From assembly GCA_964035545.1 (NCBI GenBank), contig OZ037766.1, positions 24,668,126 through 24,732,125 of the forward strand: 64,000 bases of DNA. Reading direction: 5' to 3'. Positions within the stretch are counted from its first letter, which is position 1. The number at the start of each line of letters is the position of its first letter. The translations under genes were made by a program, and so were the position numbers. This document shows positions 40,561 through 55,859 of the stretch, piece after piece. The stretch is from Bugula neritina. Its lineage: Eukaryota > Animalia > Bryozoa. The notes below the pieces were generated by a model. That model did not search any database. It worked only from the letters and a program-made list of their open reading frames with translations, and was not told where the DNA came from.

Positions 40561-43276
40561 ATATTGCAGTTGACAGTTGGCATATATATTGAGGATAAAT
40601 AAGCACAACGATTGATCATCTAGTTATTATACATTGCTATTCACTTTGATAACTACCCAATAAATCTGGCAAGTAACTTCAAAACAGCAGCATTTGTTCA
40701 ATAATCTGAAAAGTTTTTCAAAGCACAATTAAGAAATGAAAATTGATTTAATTTAGCTTTTTGACAATATAAAAGTTTTTAAAAGCAACAATTGATCATG
40801 ACTTTTTGATGTTTATGGCCTACTAATTGGCAAGCTATTCGATTAACTTTTGTCAAATCATATAGTTGTAAGTAAATTGATCATTTTAATTCTTTATATC
40901 ACAATTTATTTTGACCATGCTTTATTTTTATGTATTTTAGATATTCTTTTGTAGTTATTTCCATACTATTTGTACATAGTACAATCATGCAAGAATAGCA
41001 ACATATAAAACAAAATTATAGTAAATAACATTACGTGCAGGTATAGACAACTCTACAAAATACAACTTTAGCTTATGACATATATGTAATAACAGAGGAA
41101 AATATAGTTTGTTAGATTAACAATACTGCTAAAGCATTTAGTTTAGCTTCTGTTGCATTTACATGAGTAACAAGTGTTCTCTGCTTCAGTTAAGAAGTTA
41201 TTTTATTTGATAAAGATCTACTTATATAACGAGTATTTATATAAACCCTATAGTTATTTATCCATGCATGCATGCAACAGCAAGCCTACAGTAGATGCAT
41301 TGCTAGAGCTAAAAAGGTAGTCATGCCCGATAACCTATAGAAACTCACATATGCACTGAACTTAAAATAGTGTGCATTATAACCATGAATATAACACAAA
41401 ATTGAAAAATATTGTCTTTTGCTAATCTTATAGCCAACAAAAATCAAATAAACTATTTTGCAAAACCATATAAATGTATATATATAAGCAACATAGCTTC
41501 AATTAAAGTTTGTACAGTGCTAGCCGTTTAAATACTTTGACTCTACGAACTATTTTATGTAACTCTCACTGTTGATTGAGTTGCTGAACTTGAGTTTCTG
41601 TTATGTTTTGTTATCTTCATTCATGTCAATTATAGATTGTCATAACAAGTGTAATTTACATTAGAATTGTCATTTATATATCGTTTTTACTATTCTTATC
41701 TATGTAATTAAATATATTTTATCTGTGCAGTGACACATCAAACTATAAAAACATTACTTTGACAAAATTAAATCAGATTAATTATGCAATAACTAGATAA
41801 AAACAACTAATTCATCGCAAAAATAGTTTTCACTGTAAAATAAATTAATAAATTATGCCAAGTGGGGCCTAGTCTAAATATATTTGCCAAAAATCTAGGC
41901 ATTTATTAAATTTTAACATCTAAAATAATTTTTTTTGTAGATGGTTTATCCAGGCCATATCATCAGTTAGTTGCTTAGTTAGCTTCATGCTTTTTGCCCT
42001 CAGTAATATAATGAGTAAGTGATATCTTACTACAACAATAATAACCTTAATGTGCACATAGTAAATTATAACTAGATGACCTAATAAGATGAAGTTAAAG
42101 TATGCATTAAGCTGAAACCATAACAAATAGTCTTTTAATACGACAAGACAGTCTTAGCAGATGCAAGAATATCAAAGAGCTATTCAATATGTAAGGAAGC
42201 AGTTTGCAATGCTAGATATCAAACATTATCTGTGCATTTTGGAAAAGTTGAGTTTTGGTGAAATAGTTGTTTGCAACTGTCTTGCTGGACTTCAGTGTAA
42301 TGCTGTTGGAAACTTATATTGCCTATTATAGAAAACATTAGCCAGCTGCTAATTCATAATTTTTTTGTTGGTGAGGGCTTACAGAAGTTCTATAGAACAA
42401 AAAGGTTCCTGGAAAAAGATGGAGATGCTTATGGATCTACATAGCAATAATAGTTTAAGTGTTGTTATATCAAAGTGAGATATGGTGCGTAATGGGTGAC
42501 TTGGCAAAGGGTTAGACATTAGAGCCTGTATGCTAGTAAATTATAGTCACTAAAAGAAAATAAGAAAAATAAGAGCATCATAGCAAAAAAAGCAAAACCC
42601 ATGGGTATGACGGAGCTGTTAATAAAAATCAGGCTAAAGCACAAGGAAGGGGGACATCAATTGAGAGTATAATATATGAGATGTAGACAGAAAGAAAAAC
42701 AGATTGGAGTATGCCAAAGCATTGATGAAAAGGCACTATTGAGAAAAACCTTGAAATTTGTCGCTTAAATCAAGAAGACACTCAGCAAAGGACCAGATTG
42801 CAATTTCTGATAACACTTGCAGTCTTCATCAATTAGATTCTACTATAACTTATTCAAAAAATAAGAAAAGTGATAAGCATGTGAGAAGTTGCTACACATA
42901 GTTTTTGCATGCATCTTTACAATTTCATTTGATGCTTTACTATATAGATAATAAATAAAAAATTGATAAGTACATCTATTAATTACTGTAATTGGTACCA
43001 AGCAATTAATATATTAGTTAAAACATCACTGAAGAGAAATTTGGTCACACTTGTGCTGAATGATCAGTGATTATTACTATACGTACTTTTATTGATTCAA
43101 CAGCATTCACATCAGATTTCTCAAAAAGATTCTTATCTTTTCATGACGTTTTGAAACATTATGCAGCAGATAATCAGAAACCCCTTGGAGCATACATAAA
43201 GCAAAGTTGCCCAATGGTTTGTTATTTTATGCTTCAGGGTTGAAAGAATAGAATAACATATCTAAAACGTAACAGC

Positions 43277-43650
43277 ATGAAGAACTTTCTAAACAGGCTA
43301 AAAATGGTAAGTAGGCCTATATAATAGGCTATTTAGTAAATACCACATGGCATGCACTTTATACCATGTTGATTTTAAGTTATATAACTAATAAACTGAA
43401 TTAAGTTGAGCATTTTTAATTTTATTGATTGAAAGTGATATAAAAAGTTTGGAGAAAACAATTTACAAAAGGCTGACTGCACTGCACGTCATATGGAAAG
43501 CAAATTTTCAATCTATATAAACCATGTCACATTAAATTATTAGTAATTAATAATTGTTCGGCAAGTTTATATAAACAGCATATATGCAGACAAGCTGATA
43601 AATGAATTACTGTCAATTACCAATTTAATTCAATGTATACATTGAATTAC

Positions 43651-43724
<74 letters not shown>

Positions 43725-43949
43725 AATCTGTGGACAGCAGCTGTTTCGGGATTTGTCCCCTCATCAGCACAGAACAGAGTACCATGGCCCACACCTTCGC
43801 AATAGTAAAACTTATAGTTTTACTAAAGCATATTTAAAAGGTGTGTAAACCCAAACCAGAGTGCTCAAGTGACTCTAGGGGTCACCTAGGAGTCACGAGC
43901 ATTGCAAAATGCTAGCAGCTTGAGTTTGTGACCATGGTGAGAGTGCTCA

Positions 43950-44034
<85 letters not shown>

Positions 44035-47000
44035 CTTAAATTATCATTGTGTCAGCATAAGTTATATTCTATACTTATTTTTTAATGTGACAAGCTGTAA
44101 TATATTCGGTTTTTAACTCTAACTTCTCTGTTAAAGAACATGAATATAGTGTTGTAATATAACATGAAGCCTGACAAAAGAGCTAATAACTATTTATTTT
44201 TTATACTAGGGACATAACTTTCATCAATCATGAATTTTTGTATAGTTAACAACTTCAATATTTCACTATTAACATATGCTCATCTCTTTATACTTGTAGC
44301 TAAAAGTTATATTTGTGTTTTAGCTAATCCTGATACTCTTCGGTTTAACTTCAGTTGCTTTAACAAGTGGTGATAACTCTAACAATGTGAGGTAATTATA
44401 TAAACTATATAAATCACACATACAAATACTTGTGCATGCTTATAAGTTAAATATAATTGATTATTCAAATTTTATATTCTGTTTAATAGGTATACTTATG
44501 AAATACATGTTTGATTTCAAACAGTATATCAAATTGCAAGTATTTAGATTTTTGGCCAGCTTGCAAACTAAAAGTTTTAAATTTAAATGATTTTGCATAT
44601 TAAATATATGATCTATACTTTTCAGTAATTGAATTTCCTGTGATGCTCAGTATTATTCAGCATTTAATAAGTTGATCAGAAAGTGGTACTTTAGCTATTA
44701 ATTATGCTATACAATTACTGAGATTACTGGCATTAGTAAAGCACATAATATTCAAGCATCATACATCAGTTTAAAACTCTGCAGAAAATAAGTTGATTAA
44801 GATCAAAGATTCATAGATTATTTTAAAAGTGCAGCTGACTGACAAAAAGTTTGTATAAAAAAAGTAGCCACGATATACGACCATAACACTAAAGTATAAT
44901 ACTAATACCATTTTGTGATATAAACATTTATTATCATATGTTTTTCTTTGTTCGACTCAATTTGCAAATGTTATAGCTGATTTATTTTTGTAAGTCTCTA
45001 TTTACTATAAGATTTACATTACATGGCAGGATTTTCCTAAAAGTCCGATAAAGAGTTTTGTTGGCTCATATATTAGAATCAAAAGTTTTCTTAAAAATTA
45101 TTTGTTAAATTTTCTTAAATTATATTATTATACCTTTATACATATATAAAAGGTGTTCAACCTTTTGGCTCCAATGACGGTTAGAAAATTTTGCAGTGAC
45201 ATTTTTACAGGATCCAGGGGTACAAAAAAGCAGAGGTGTACAGTACAACAACTGCCTTGGTTCATCACATAGAGAAAGATGAGTGCATGCCTGGAAACAT
45301 ACTCTTCGCAGACGGATGTTCCCTGAGGACAACAAATGGCTTCTCCGTTTCCACTATAGCTGGATCACCAACAGCTAGTGGGTATAATGATAGTTCAGGA
45401 ACAAGTGGGCGCTTTGGATTTATTTTTGGATTTTACCAGAAAAACAAGACTCATGTTATAGTTGCAGATTATGATAACAATTGTCTTAGAATGGTTGACC
45501 GAACCAATGGACATATTTCACAGTTTGCTGGGACATGCAAATCAACTGGACATAGAAATGGGCGAGTTGGTTATGCATATTTAATGGCCCCTTTTCAAAT
45601 GGTGTTAGATAAAACTAATTCAACCACACTTATTCTTTCCCAAGATCGAGTATCTTCATCATATGCCTATCTTAGATCAATTGACATCAACACTGGTAAT
45701 GCTGGTGTTTTAGTGTCATCTGGTTTACTTCAGCCTAGGGGTATGGCATGGGATGAGAGTGGAAGCATTCTTTTTGTGGCAAACAGGTATTACATTGCTA
45801 AAATAACATGGAGCACCAAAATTGTTCAAACTCTAGTAGGTTCAACATCTCCTGGTAACATCGTTGGAAGCTTTAGTCAATCAAGATTCAACAATATAAA
45901 AGACATTTTGATAGTAAATCAAGAAGTAATGATAGTCACCGAATGGAGCCAAAGTAAGTTAAAAGCAATCAACACAGCATCGCAGATTTCTATGAATGTG
46001 GATATTCATGCCTTCAATGCTGGTATCCGATCTATTACCCAGATTAATGACAGCACCTATGTTGGAACCCATGGAAAGATCTACAGACTGAGTGGTAAGC
46101 TTACCAATAGATGCAATGAATGTTTAAGTTATATACTCATTAATGCAGCTGTCGTTTGTAGCTTAATTAAATCAGAATTCTCCTGTGTAACCCACAGCTG
46201 TATGTTTTATCATGTTATATTGTAGCTCAATGATGGAAAAACTCATGTTTCATGTAATTAGCAATTGTCCGCCATCAACAATATTAATCTCCTATTTCAA
46301 TATCACATCAATAACATTTTTAGTTTTGTGAGATTTATCTTGTTAAACATTTCAGACCTCAATTATCATTGAATTACCTAACACTGGATGCTTCACATTT
46401 TAGAACTGGATGTACAATGTTCTGTAAACGCCTCTTACCTGTCAGGTAAAACTGAAGTGAAATTTGATTTGAATACACCAATTTGCACGAGCTACCTTGT
46501 TAACATCAATAGTAAGTTATACAAGATACAGTTGCTACATTATCTACCACTACTTCTGCGTAAATGCTTTTAGAATGACATACCTTGTCCACATTAATAG
46601 TATGAAAGCTATATAAGATACAGTATTAAAATTCTACAACTCTAATTCTGGGCAATTGGTTGTGTTGTTGGCAAATTAAAAATTAGCATTATCATAGAAA
46701 TATACAGATAAAGATCTAACACTTTTTTATTCCTAAATTATATGTAGATAGTGTGATACCTACTTAAAGATCTCGACCAATCATTTACGCATTTTAGTTG
46801 TAATCTGAAGGGAAAAATTAATATAACTAATTGGACTTATAGATAAGTAATTTCTCTATTTTTTGCTGTTGATAGGATGCAATTTTTCACTTGGATGACA
46901 ATAAACATTTATATAATACTAATATACTAATAAATGATCAATGATAAATGATCAAACTAATATAATACTAATACTAATAAATGATCAAACTAGTAATTGC

Positions 47001-49338
47001 CTTTTCACTGATGATAACTTGGATAACTTTCAAAATTCCGCACTTATATTTTTATTGTATATTATCCGAAAATTCTTCTATCTGTTGCTTTTCTTCTTAC
47101 TTATACATAAAATTTACCAGTCTTGTGAATGGCAACTCAACTTATTTTATTTCGATAATTAACATAAATAAGATGGCATTAGCCTCCAGCTCAAAAATAT
47201 GTGCACATGTAGCACTTTTTTACTTAAATAAATAAATGTACATATTATAGTTGTGAAGGCATTTAGAGTTTCCTGTCATTTAATTTTGTTGACTCTGCCA
47301 AGTCATTATTTAAGAATTGCTGAAATAGTGAATTATTTAGTAAAGAACGGCACAAGTTCCACTAAAGCAAGTTAGCAGCAACTTACAGCATAACAGCTGA
47401 GCTGTTGTCTTTTACGGCAACTTCTTTTGATAGTTAACTAGTATGTTAGCTAACTCTGTAACCCATAGTGTTGTGTTGTAAATTATAGAAATATTTTTGT
47501 AGCGGAATGAAAAAAATGGCAATATAAAAAATGTTACATCATAAGTTGTAAGTGTAGGTGCAAGTTGCAAGTGGCCATGTGGCAAGTTGCCATATATGTG
47601 GCAAGTTGCCAGTGGCAAGTGCAAGTGTAAAGATAGGTGAAATTGCTGGGTTTTTATACCAGTCATGCAAAAAGGTTAGCTATTGTGTAGATATAGTCAT
47701 GATGAGTGTGGAAAAATCATAATATAGCTGGCATAGCTGTGGTGATACATGAAAAGCTATAATGGATTAGGAGAAAGCTTTCTCAACTTCTGTATAATGT
47801 CATAACACATAAGCATAGTTTAATTGACAGCTTTGATGTAGTTGACTATACTACTGTTATTGAAAATTATAATGTGAATCAAGTGTATTTTTAAAGGTTG
47901 CCTATATTTCTCTATTGTGTTGCCTGACTTTTTTTCATCTGTATTTCTGTTTTGTAGAGAGTCCTGTAGAGAGAAGAGTTTCTCTAAAGGCAGAGTACTC
48001 TGTATCCTGTGACCAGCTAATCCTTCAGGAAATGTTTGGGAAAGCGTTATTGGAACCTGTCCTTAAACTCAAGATGACTGAACTTCAAGATATCTGTGGA
48101 AATGGTAATTAATATTTGCAAACTTTATGAAAAACATAGTCGCATGGCCTATAGAACAGTTAATTATAGCTAAGAAATTTGTATATAATTGTAGAATAAT
48201 TATTGAATAACTTAGTTAAGCTTTGCAGTTGAAAAAATTGTACTTAAAGTTGCTTTCCGTATTTTGTATGTGCAGGTTGTAGTATGGCTGTTAACATGAC
48301 TCCCAGCTACTCCTGTTCTGATAATAATCTGGAAGTAAGATGGCCGACAGATCTTGTGTACACTGGAGATGTTAAAGAAATACCAACTAAAGTAGAGGAG
48401 ATGTTGAGTAATTCCTTAAAAACTGTTAAAAGAGACAAAGCTCAGATTTTGACTCTCAACAGAGATCCTCAGTAAGTGGTAGTTGTCTTCCCATGATCTG
48501 CGTGCAAATTGCTTATAGACAAATATGAACAAATAAGTGAATCATTTTATGAAAAGAATGTGTTTGAAGCAGTTTTTTGCTGTTGAGATTGTCTGAGTCC
48601 ATAAGGATTATTTAAAAAGGTGACTCAATACTTAAAGCTTGCAACAAGTCAAATTTTTCATGCTTTAAGTAGTATTTTGCATGCTATATACAGCTTTATT
48701 TAAAATGAAATGTTCTGAAATCAATAGGAATACTATAATAGATTCCTCATTAGGTTTTAGCAGTTATAATATCATATCGTGTCTATTTTTGCTGATTATT
48801 CATCTTCAATTTCCAGGCTTACAACAATATATCATTTTATAATTCTGTAGTTATCTACTCTTGGAATGCAATTATGCAAAAAAAATATTTTTGTATTCTG
48901 TAGTTTATATCCACTCTTGGTATACAGTTATACTAACCTGCTTTGGTTCAAACCTATAAGCTCATATCAGTTTTTCAAGGTGCGGCAGTAGTCGGACAAG
49001 TTAAACTATATGCTCTAAAATGTTTTAGTTGGCCTATGCATGATAGGTTCCAAACTTCACTATACAAACAATCATGTAATACTGGGAATATTAAACAACT
49101 AAATTATCCACAACATGCAAAGCTTTCAAAAACACAGATCACCATGACTAATAACTTTGCCCAAATATGAAGCTATTTTTCAGCAAGTTTTAAAACAAAT
49201 AATATTTGGATTTTTGTATGTTGTAGTTTCCTGTTGCCTCGAGTTCAAGACAATGGAGAAAGCATACAGGTTGTGTTAGAGACTAAATGTACTGAAGATA
49301 GAAAGGTTTACCAAAAAAACACAAACAGTTGCGTTTAA
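43277..49338 (+). CDS. Secreted NHL-repeat beta-propeller protein, paralog 4 (exons 43277-43306 [tentative], 44324-44391, 45211-46094, 46404-46511, 47958-48104, 48276-48471, 49227-49338; ~514 aa)
   Basis: Exons 2-7 are clear by homology and splice signals. First exon ATG AAG AAC TTT CTA AAC AGG CTA AAA ATG|GTAAGT is phase 0 but unrelated to the MTSFA exon, so the start is less certain (43304 is an alternative ATG). Confidence 0.8.
43722..43779 (-). ncRNA. Type I hammerhead ribozyme (same family as 25755-25812), antisense in the tentative intron 1 of paralog 4
   Basis: - strand reads TCTGTG-CTGATGA-GGGG acaaa TCCC-GAAA-CAGCTGCTGTC-CACAGA. Confidence 0.88.
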
Positions 49339-51844
49339 TTAATTTAAATTAGGCAACACAGCTCCTATATAATCAATTCAAAAAATAAGTGTTTAAAAAA
49401 CAATATTAACAAAAACAAATGCTTCATTTTTCAAGCGCGCATCTTAAGGTAGATATCAGCGCAAGTGACTGTTTATTCTAAAGCTAAATTTTACTATATT
49501 GGCTTGATCACACTATAACCAATTGTTTATTTTAACAATATTTTTAAATTAGAGTGTGTAAGTCTTAACCTCATATTCGATAGATTCTAATACTTTCTGT
49601 ATTTACTGTAATTATTTTCTGAGAATTACTAGAGCAACTTGTTTTCAGCTTGTTCAACCAATAAGGGTTAGTAAATTTAGTTGGTAGCTGCAGATCTGCC
49701 AATTTTATTGCTGACATCATGAAAGTTTTGGCTTCCACCATTTCTATTGGATGAATAAAAGTTGAAAGGCTAAATCACTGCATTAATTCAATGCACTACA
49801 TACTCATTACTACTAACTATATACCTATCTTATATATAGCAACTATATATAGTAAACTGATACTTATTTGGTATGTGCATATATGCTACCAAGTTTTTTT
49901 TATTAGTAGTTATAACACATACATTTTGCATTTTATTGCTATAATACAGCTGCTCGATAAATTGGTTGATTGATTGTTTCTTTACTTTCATAATAATTAT
50001 ATTGAATCAAAGAGACCATATTATATCAAAGCACGCCAGAATAACTGTAGAAACAAATCAAGTTGTAACAAAATTATAGCTATTACTTAGGCACTATAAC
50101 AACAAAATTGTAACTGGCTTTCGAAAAGTTAACACTTGAATATATAGAGTTGCGGTTGTGAGTTTATGTCTCCACGTATTATTAGAGTTGTTTAAAGCAA
50201 TGCCACTATGCCAAGTTAAGGGTAAGGGTAAGGGTGTGTTTTATGCCCTGAGGTTATACAATCTGCCACACAGTGTCATCAACTTCACTATATATTATAG
50301 CCTTCAGCATCTATCAATTTTGCAGTCATGCCTACTACCAAAACTACTTGATTTCGAATGACCAAAAGTAGTTATTATTTTGGTAGAAGACAGTAACACA
50401 TTACATTAGCATGTAACTAAAACAGGCATGCATAACAAATGCAGTAGTGTTTATAATCTACCTTGGCAAATCATTGGAGGCTTTTAAAACAATGGATTGC
50501 AATTAGTTTGACGATTTGAATCAATTGTTTTCAAACCTTATAATTATGCTTCCTATTATAGGTTGTGCAGATCCCTGATGAGATTTGTTTTCATAACAAT
50601 TAAACTATATAATATAATCTGTATAAAATAAAGAACATGCACAAATAAGATATGCATAGTAAATAAAGCCTACAGGCATAGACAACTCTAAAGTTAAAAC
50701 TTTTGAATTGTTTCGTATATATTATAGTAACATAAATGAAAAAATAGGTGAAACTGGTTTTTTCTTAATTTAATTATCAAAGATCAAATAATTAAAAAAT
50801 ACTATATAATTTATGTCTCATTTACACAAGTAACATTCTTTTACTGCTGCAGTAGGTATATTATTTCAACTAATGATAAATGCTCCTCTATAATAAATAA
50901 TTTTCATTATATTATATATTGTAGTTATCCCTGTAATCATGCAACAAAAAGCCTATAATATAATGACATTTTCTCAAGATGTAAATGAAGCGCCTTATTA
51001 TAACCTCATAAAATTCAGCAAAATGAACATTACACTTGATTAAAAATTGTATGCATTGTAATGGTATATCCACATTATACAAGATTTAAAAGTATTGATT
51101 TGGTTAAATTTTATCGCCAAAAAACAAACAATATTTGCAACGATATATAAATGTACATGCAAAATAGCTTTAGCAGCTATATTTGTATGCAATTCTTTCT
51201 GTTGTTTGCATTATAAAACTTAATTTTCTATTGTCTCATTGTCTTTTTATCAATGTCAGTTTTGTCATAAAAAGTGTAACTTTATTATATCAAAATTTTC
51301 AACCCAGTGTTGTTTGTTTCAATTTGTAATATTTTTATCTGTGTGACAAATACATCAAGCTCTAAAAGACTTTGCTCTGGCAATATTTTATCAGAATTCA
51401 AGTAAGTTGATAAAAGACAATTAATTCATAATGAACAAAAAATAATGTCTACTGCAAAAAAAATTATTATATGATGCTAAGTTGCTGTAAATTAACTATC
51501 TTTGCCAACAAAAAGAGGCACTTGATAATTTTTCATATATTTAAAACTATTGTTTGCTGATGATTTATGCAGACAATCAGTTAGTTCCTTGTTGTTTGCT
51601 TTGAATTTTACAGAGTATATGTAGCTTATGTTTTTGAGAAAGAAATGAAGTGGAGTGTATTTTATTGAGAAGGAAGCTCTGCACACGACCAATATTTGCT
51701 ATAATATATATTACTTAAGTCAATTCTTTAAGAAAGTTTATCACATTTTTTCAATAATTTTGGTTTAATCTTTTTTTATCTAAGAATTGCCCAAATTGAT
51801 TGTTGGTGAAGAATTAGAGAAAAATATAAAGAATATTGATTAGA

Positions 51845-51897
51845 AATTGGTAATTGATAATTGGTAATTGGTAATTGGTAATTGGTAATTGGTAATT
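51845..51897. repeat. (AATTGGT)n heptamer repeat
   Basis: Read directly. Confidence 0.85.
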
Positions 51898-51899
51898 AT

Positions 51900-52170
51900 C
51901 AGATGACCCACGCCTGGAACTCCCTCCCAAAACATCTGAGGGAGATACGAAGCAGAAGTGAGTTTGCGGTGGCCTTAAAGCAGTTCCTGCTTGACTCACT
52001 GATTTAGGGTCCGCGTCATGCGGGCTCTGCTGGCTGCTACCTCTGGGTCCAGCACCTCGACTAGCTTCGCTATTGTGCATATGGACCCTCATCACTGATT
52101 TTTTTCTATTTTTCAACCTATGACATAAACTACTATTTTGATGAAAATACAAACAAACAAACAAACAAAC
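51900..52170 (+). mobile_element. 3' end of a CR1/L2-group LINE (5'-truncated)
   Basis: 51903-52007 translates MTHAWNSLPKHLREIRSRSEFAVALKQFLLDSLI*, the typical WNSLP ORF2 tail; followed by a GC-richer UTR and a (CAAA)n tail. Confidence 0.72.
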
Positions 52171-53249
52171 TTGTTATAGACCAATAAGTACTGCAATAAG
52201 TATATAGTATGTTACTATAGTTTATAGCTTTATTATAGTATTACTTTCTGACATCAGTTGATGTTTTAGGCTAAAACATAAACAAAAAAATTACTTTTTT
52301 AATATTGGTTCGACATTTTAACTAGATTGTAGTAAAATAATGGAGCAAAAAGCTCTTTTGTATGACATTTATAAGCATACTGCAATGTTAAAAATCAAGT
52401 GTTATGAAACCATCAAGACTTAGCTCTGCATTATATAGCTGTGCATTTGAGAAAAAGTAAAGTGTGATGTAATAGCTATAGCAGTTGTCCTGCTGAACCT
52501 AGTCTATATATAGTGCTGTTAAAAGCCTATATTGTCTTTTATTGACTAAATGATGGAAAGGATTAACACTGTTCAACTCTCTTACTTTTAATTGTGGTCA
52601 TTTTATTCTCTTGACAAAAATTATACAATCCTGTTTGGCAAACTGCATGCAAAGTTCTCTATAACATATTATTGTAACTATAATATATACTTTGACAATT
52701 AATTTTCCATATTTTGAAACATCTCCTCACTTTAATTCCTATATTTTTGTTTTTTCTTTTCAATAAGATTTGTTTTTGAGGATGATTTGGTGAATTCCAT
52801 ATATATGTAATAGAGAATATTATAGGCACATATAAAACTAAGCGTAAATAGGTTTAAAAAAGGTAGAAAACTATAAACAGTAGTAAAAAATCAGGTTAGT
52901 TGATCACATATATGAGAGCATGCTATATTTGGTTATTGATACAATGATAAAATTAGCAATTTACACTAGTTTGCATGATTGAACTGATGAAATGATATAC
53001 TGCAGTTTAATTTAGTTTTTGTTGCATACAAGAAAGTAACATTTTTTGTTTGCTGCATATATGAATTTTAATATATCATTTTAATTGATAATTAAATGCT
53101 TAACCTATCATTATATACATATATGCACTGCAGTTATCTATGTATACACATATATATGTAACAGAAAGTCTATATTATATATAGCTTCTGCTTGAAAGGG
53201 AAATTATAATTGAACCTAGCTAGTAAATTGCAGCATTGCTCTTGCAGGC

Positions 53250-53945
53250 AATAGAGGCTTTTCACAAGCCCTCTGGGGACATTTGTATTTTGAAGTTGTC
53301 TCCTCCCAAACGGGCGAAGTGTAGTCTCCACGATATATAGAACAAGCACATAAAATCAGTAGAAATTTAAGGTTTGTGTGAAGACTATTGCTAGTACGAG
53401 TTTCATTTTTTCTGAGATTATTATTTTGGCATAGGCACACAGGTTAGCAGTTCCAGAAAAATTTTAAACATTTTCTTTCTTCAAAAATCTTGAGAGGAAT
53501 TAACTTCAAAGCATGTTTGTGGTTTTGGTTACTGCATGAGCAAGCTGAATTGGCAACTATGAGATAAGTCCCATTAATCATTTGTTATGCTGGCTGTCAT
53601 ATTCAATTTATAGCTGTTGACCTTTCAACTCTTTGGTCAGAATGTGCTGTTAACACAGTGTTAGAGCACTGCTACTCTGCTAGTGCACTGAATGAGACAG
53701 CAGATTAGCTGTGTTAGCATTTTCATTACACTTACGCACTTATGCTATGAGAATAGCTAGACTATTACCTCAACATCCATCATTTTCACAAAAAGCATTC
53801 TCACAAAGCTATAGATATATATTAAATAGACAGATTAAATTTGTAGTATGGAACGAATATGAAATGTGCTTTGATACATGTCGGTTTGGGAGGAGACAAC
53901 TTCAAAATACAAATGTCCCCAGAGGGCTTGTGAAAAGCCTCTATT
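53250..53945. mobile_element. MITE with perfect 62-bp TIRs (AATAGAGG...CCTCTATT), possibly ISL2EU/PIF-Harbinger-related
   Basis: 53250-53311 is the exact reverse complement of 53884-53945; non-coding interior. The family guess rests only on the terminal sequence and a possible AT duplication. Confidence 0.85.
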
Positions 53946-54878
53946 AAAAATCATTATCAATTATTATAATAAGTTATGATAGGAAATACAGAATTAAAAA
54001 GCAATAAATTGATTACCTAACAAAGCAGAAACAGCTATTTTGCAAAACATATATGAATGTGCATGCGATAGCTTCAATTTATAGATTTTTTGAAGTAACA
54101 GCTTATCAGCTGACTTCCCACGCTATGGTACTGTAACCCTCTTTGTTATAGAGCAAAAGTTTGTATTGTGTCATCATCTTTATTCATATGTGAATTTTGT
54201 CATAAAGGGTGTCATTTAGATTATACTTGTCAACTATGTATGTTTTTCAATTCCTATCTGTAATTCAAAATATTTTAATTTGTGTGACACACATCAAATA
54301 AACTATGAAAAACATTATTTTGGCAAGGTTAAGTCAGAATTTGAGTCAGAATTGATGAAACAATAATTATTCCCAAGCAAAAAGAGTTCTACTGCAAAAG
54401 AAATTATTAGCTAATGCCAAGTTGTGTGAAACTAGAATATATTTGTCAAATTTCCCCATGGAGGCAGTTATTAGTTTTTCATATTTTAAAACTATTGTTT
54501 GCTGATGATTTATGCAGGCTATCAATTAGTTCCTTGTTTTCTGGCTAATTTTATTGTCACAATATCTGTAGTCTTTGTTTTAGAAAGAAATGAGAGGTTG
54601 GGGGGTTGTATTTATATTAAGAAGTAAGCTGCACATGAACACTCTATATCTGATATACAACTAGTCAATTCTTCAAGAAAGTTTCACAACTCTTTTCAAT
54701 GAATTTTCTTTATCCTACTCATCGCAGAATCTACACATTTTCTGCATACGCTTAAAGAATAATATTATAAAGAATAGTATTGATCACAGCTAATTATTGT
54801 TTTTCTTCCCAGTACTTAGCACAACATTGGTCGATTTGATAAACACTTGCATGTAAACTAATATATAATTGAATTTGC

Positions 54879-55082
54879 TGAAATATAACGTTCGACTTAC
54901 TTGACAGTCAGCGTAAGAGTGTCGGCCCCTCGTGGTGTTTCTGTTTCCTTAGTCTGGTATCCAAACCAGCTTGCAGACTGGTCGTTAATCCGATCACTAG
55001 TAAGGCGAGTCAGTCCCGGTATTCAATGAGGTCTAGTTAGCGTCTGCTAACCTGCTAGTACTATCAGCTACATTATATTCCA
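54879..55082 (-). repeat. 3' LTR (204 bp)
   Basis: Direct repeat of 58773-58983; adjacent to the polypurine tract. Confidence 0.92.
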
Positions 55083-55859
55083 TGCCCCCCTTTGGGGAGA
55101 ATATAATTAGGAAAATCATAGAAGATATTTGTATAAGTAGACTGAAGCAGTAGCATTTACATTGTTAGGAAGGTTACTCAAGGTTATAAAGAAGAACTTA
55201 TGAGATACCTACCTTTACCCAAACTTTTACCTCAAAGTTCACAATTAAGCTTCAAGCCACACCATTAAATGATATTAACCTTATCCGTTAGTTCAGCAAG
55301 CAAGCTTGTTAGGTTTCATATCAACAGGGAAGTGAGGGTTTAGGTATAGATATAGACTTACCTTGTTAGTATTTAACTAAGCGTTACTGATTGCCAGGGT
55401 CAGACCAGTCTCTGGTCTTTCTACCAACACCATTATCTATGGTCTCCTGGCCATCTTCGCCTGGCTCCTTCTCCTTTGTCGGCATGACGTTACAAGTTGG
55501 TGAATGAACACCAACTTCTGGGCTGTCCAATTTCAGACTAACTGGTTACCTTTAACTCATTCTTTGCTCATGTTTCTAAAACATAATAAAAAACAATCAA
55601 TAATACACATAATCATCAAACTTTTTATTCCTAATTTGCCTTCCACTCCTAGTGACGACAGCAGCTTGCTCTCTGTCAGCTTGTACTACTTCCTCAGGAT
55701 CTGCAGTTCTAGCTCCGACCTCCTTGAAAAAAGATGTGTCATTGTCGAGCGTGTGTGACGCTTTTGCTAAAGAGATTTCAGTTGGGTTGGCTGGGGCACC
55801 CAGTTAGGAATCTGACTCGTCGTATTTCAACTTCCTGAATGTTGCAGGAGTATCATGCT

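Noticed and set aside
42150-42850. Purine-rich stretch that might be a decayed retroelement
   Set aside because: No ORF, motif or terminal structure I can support.
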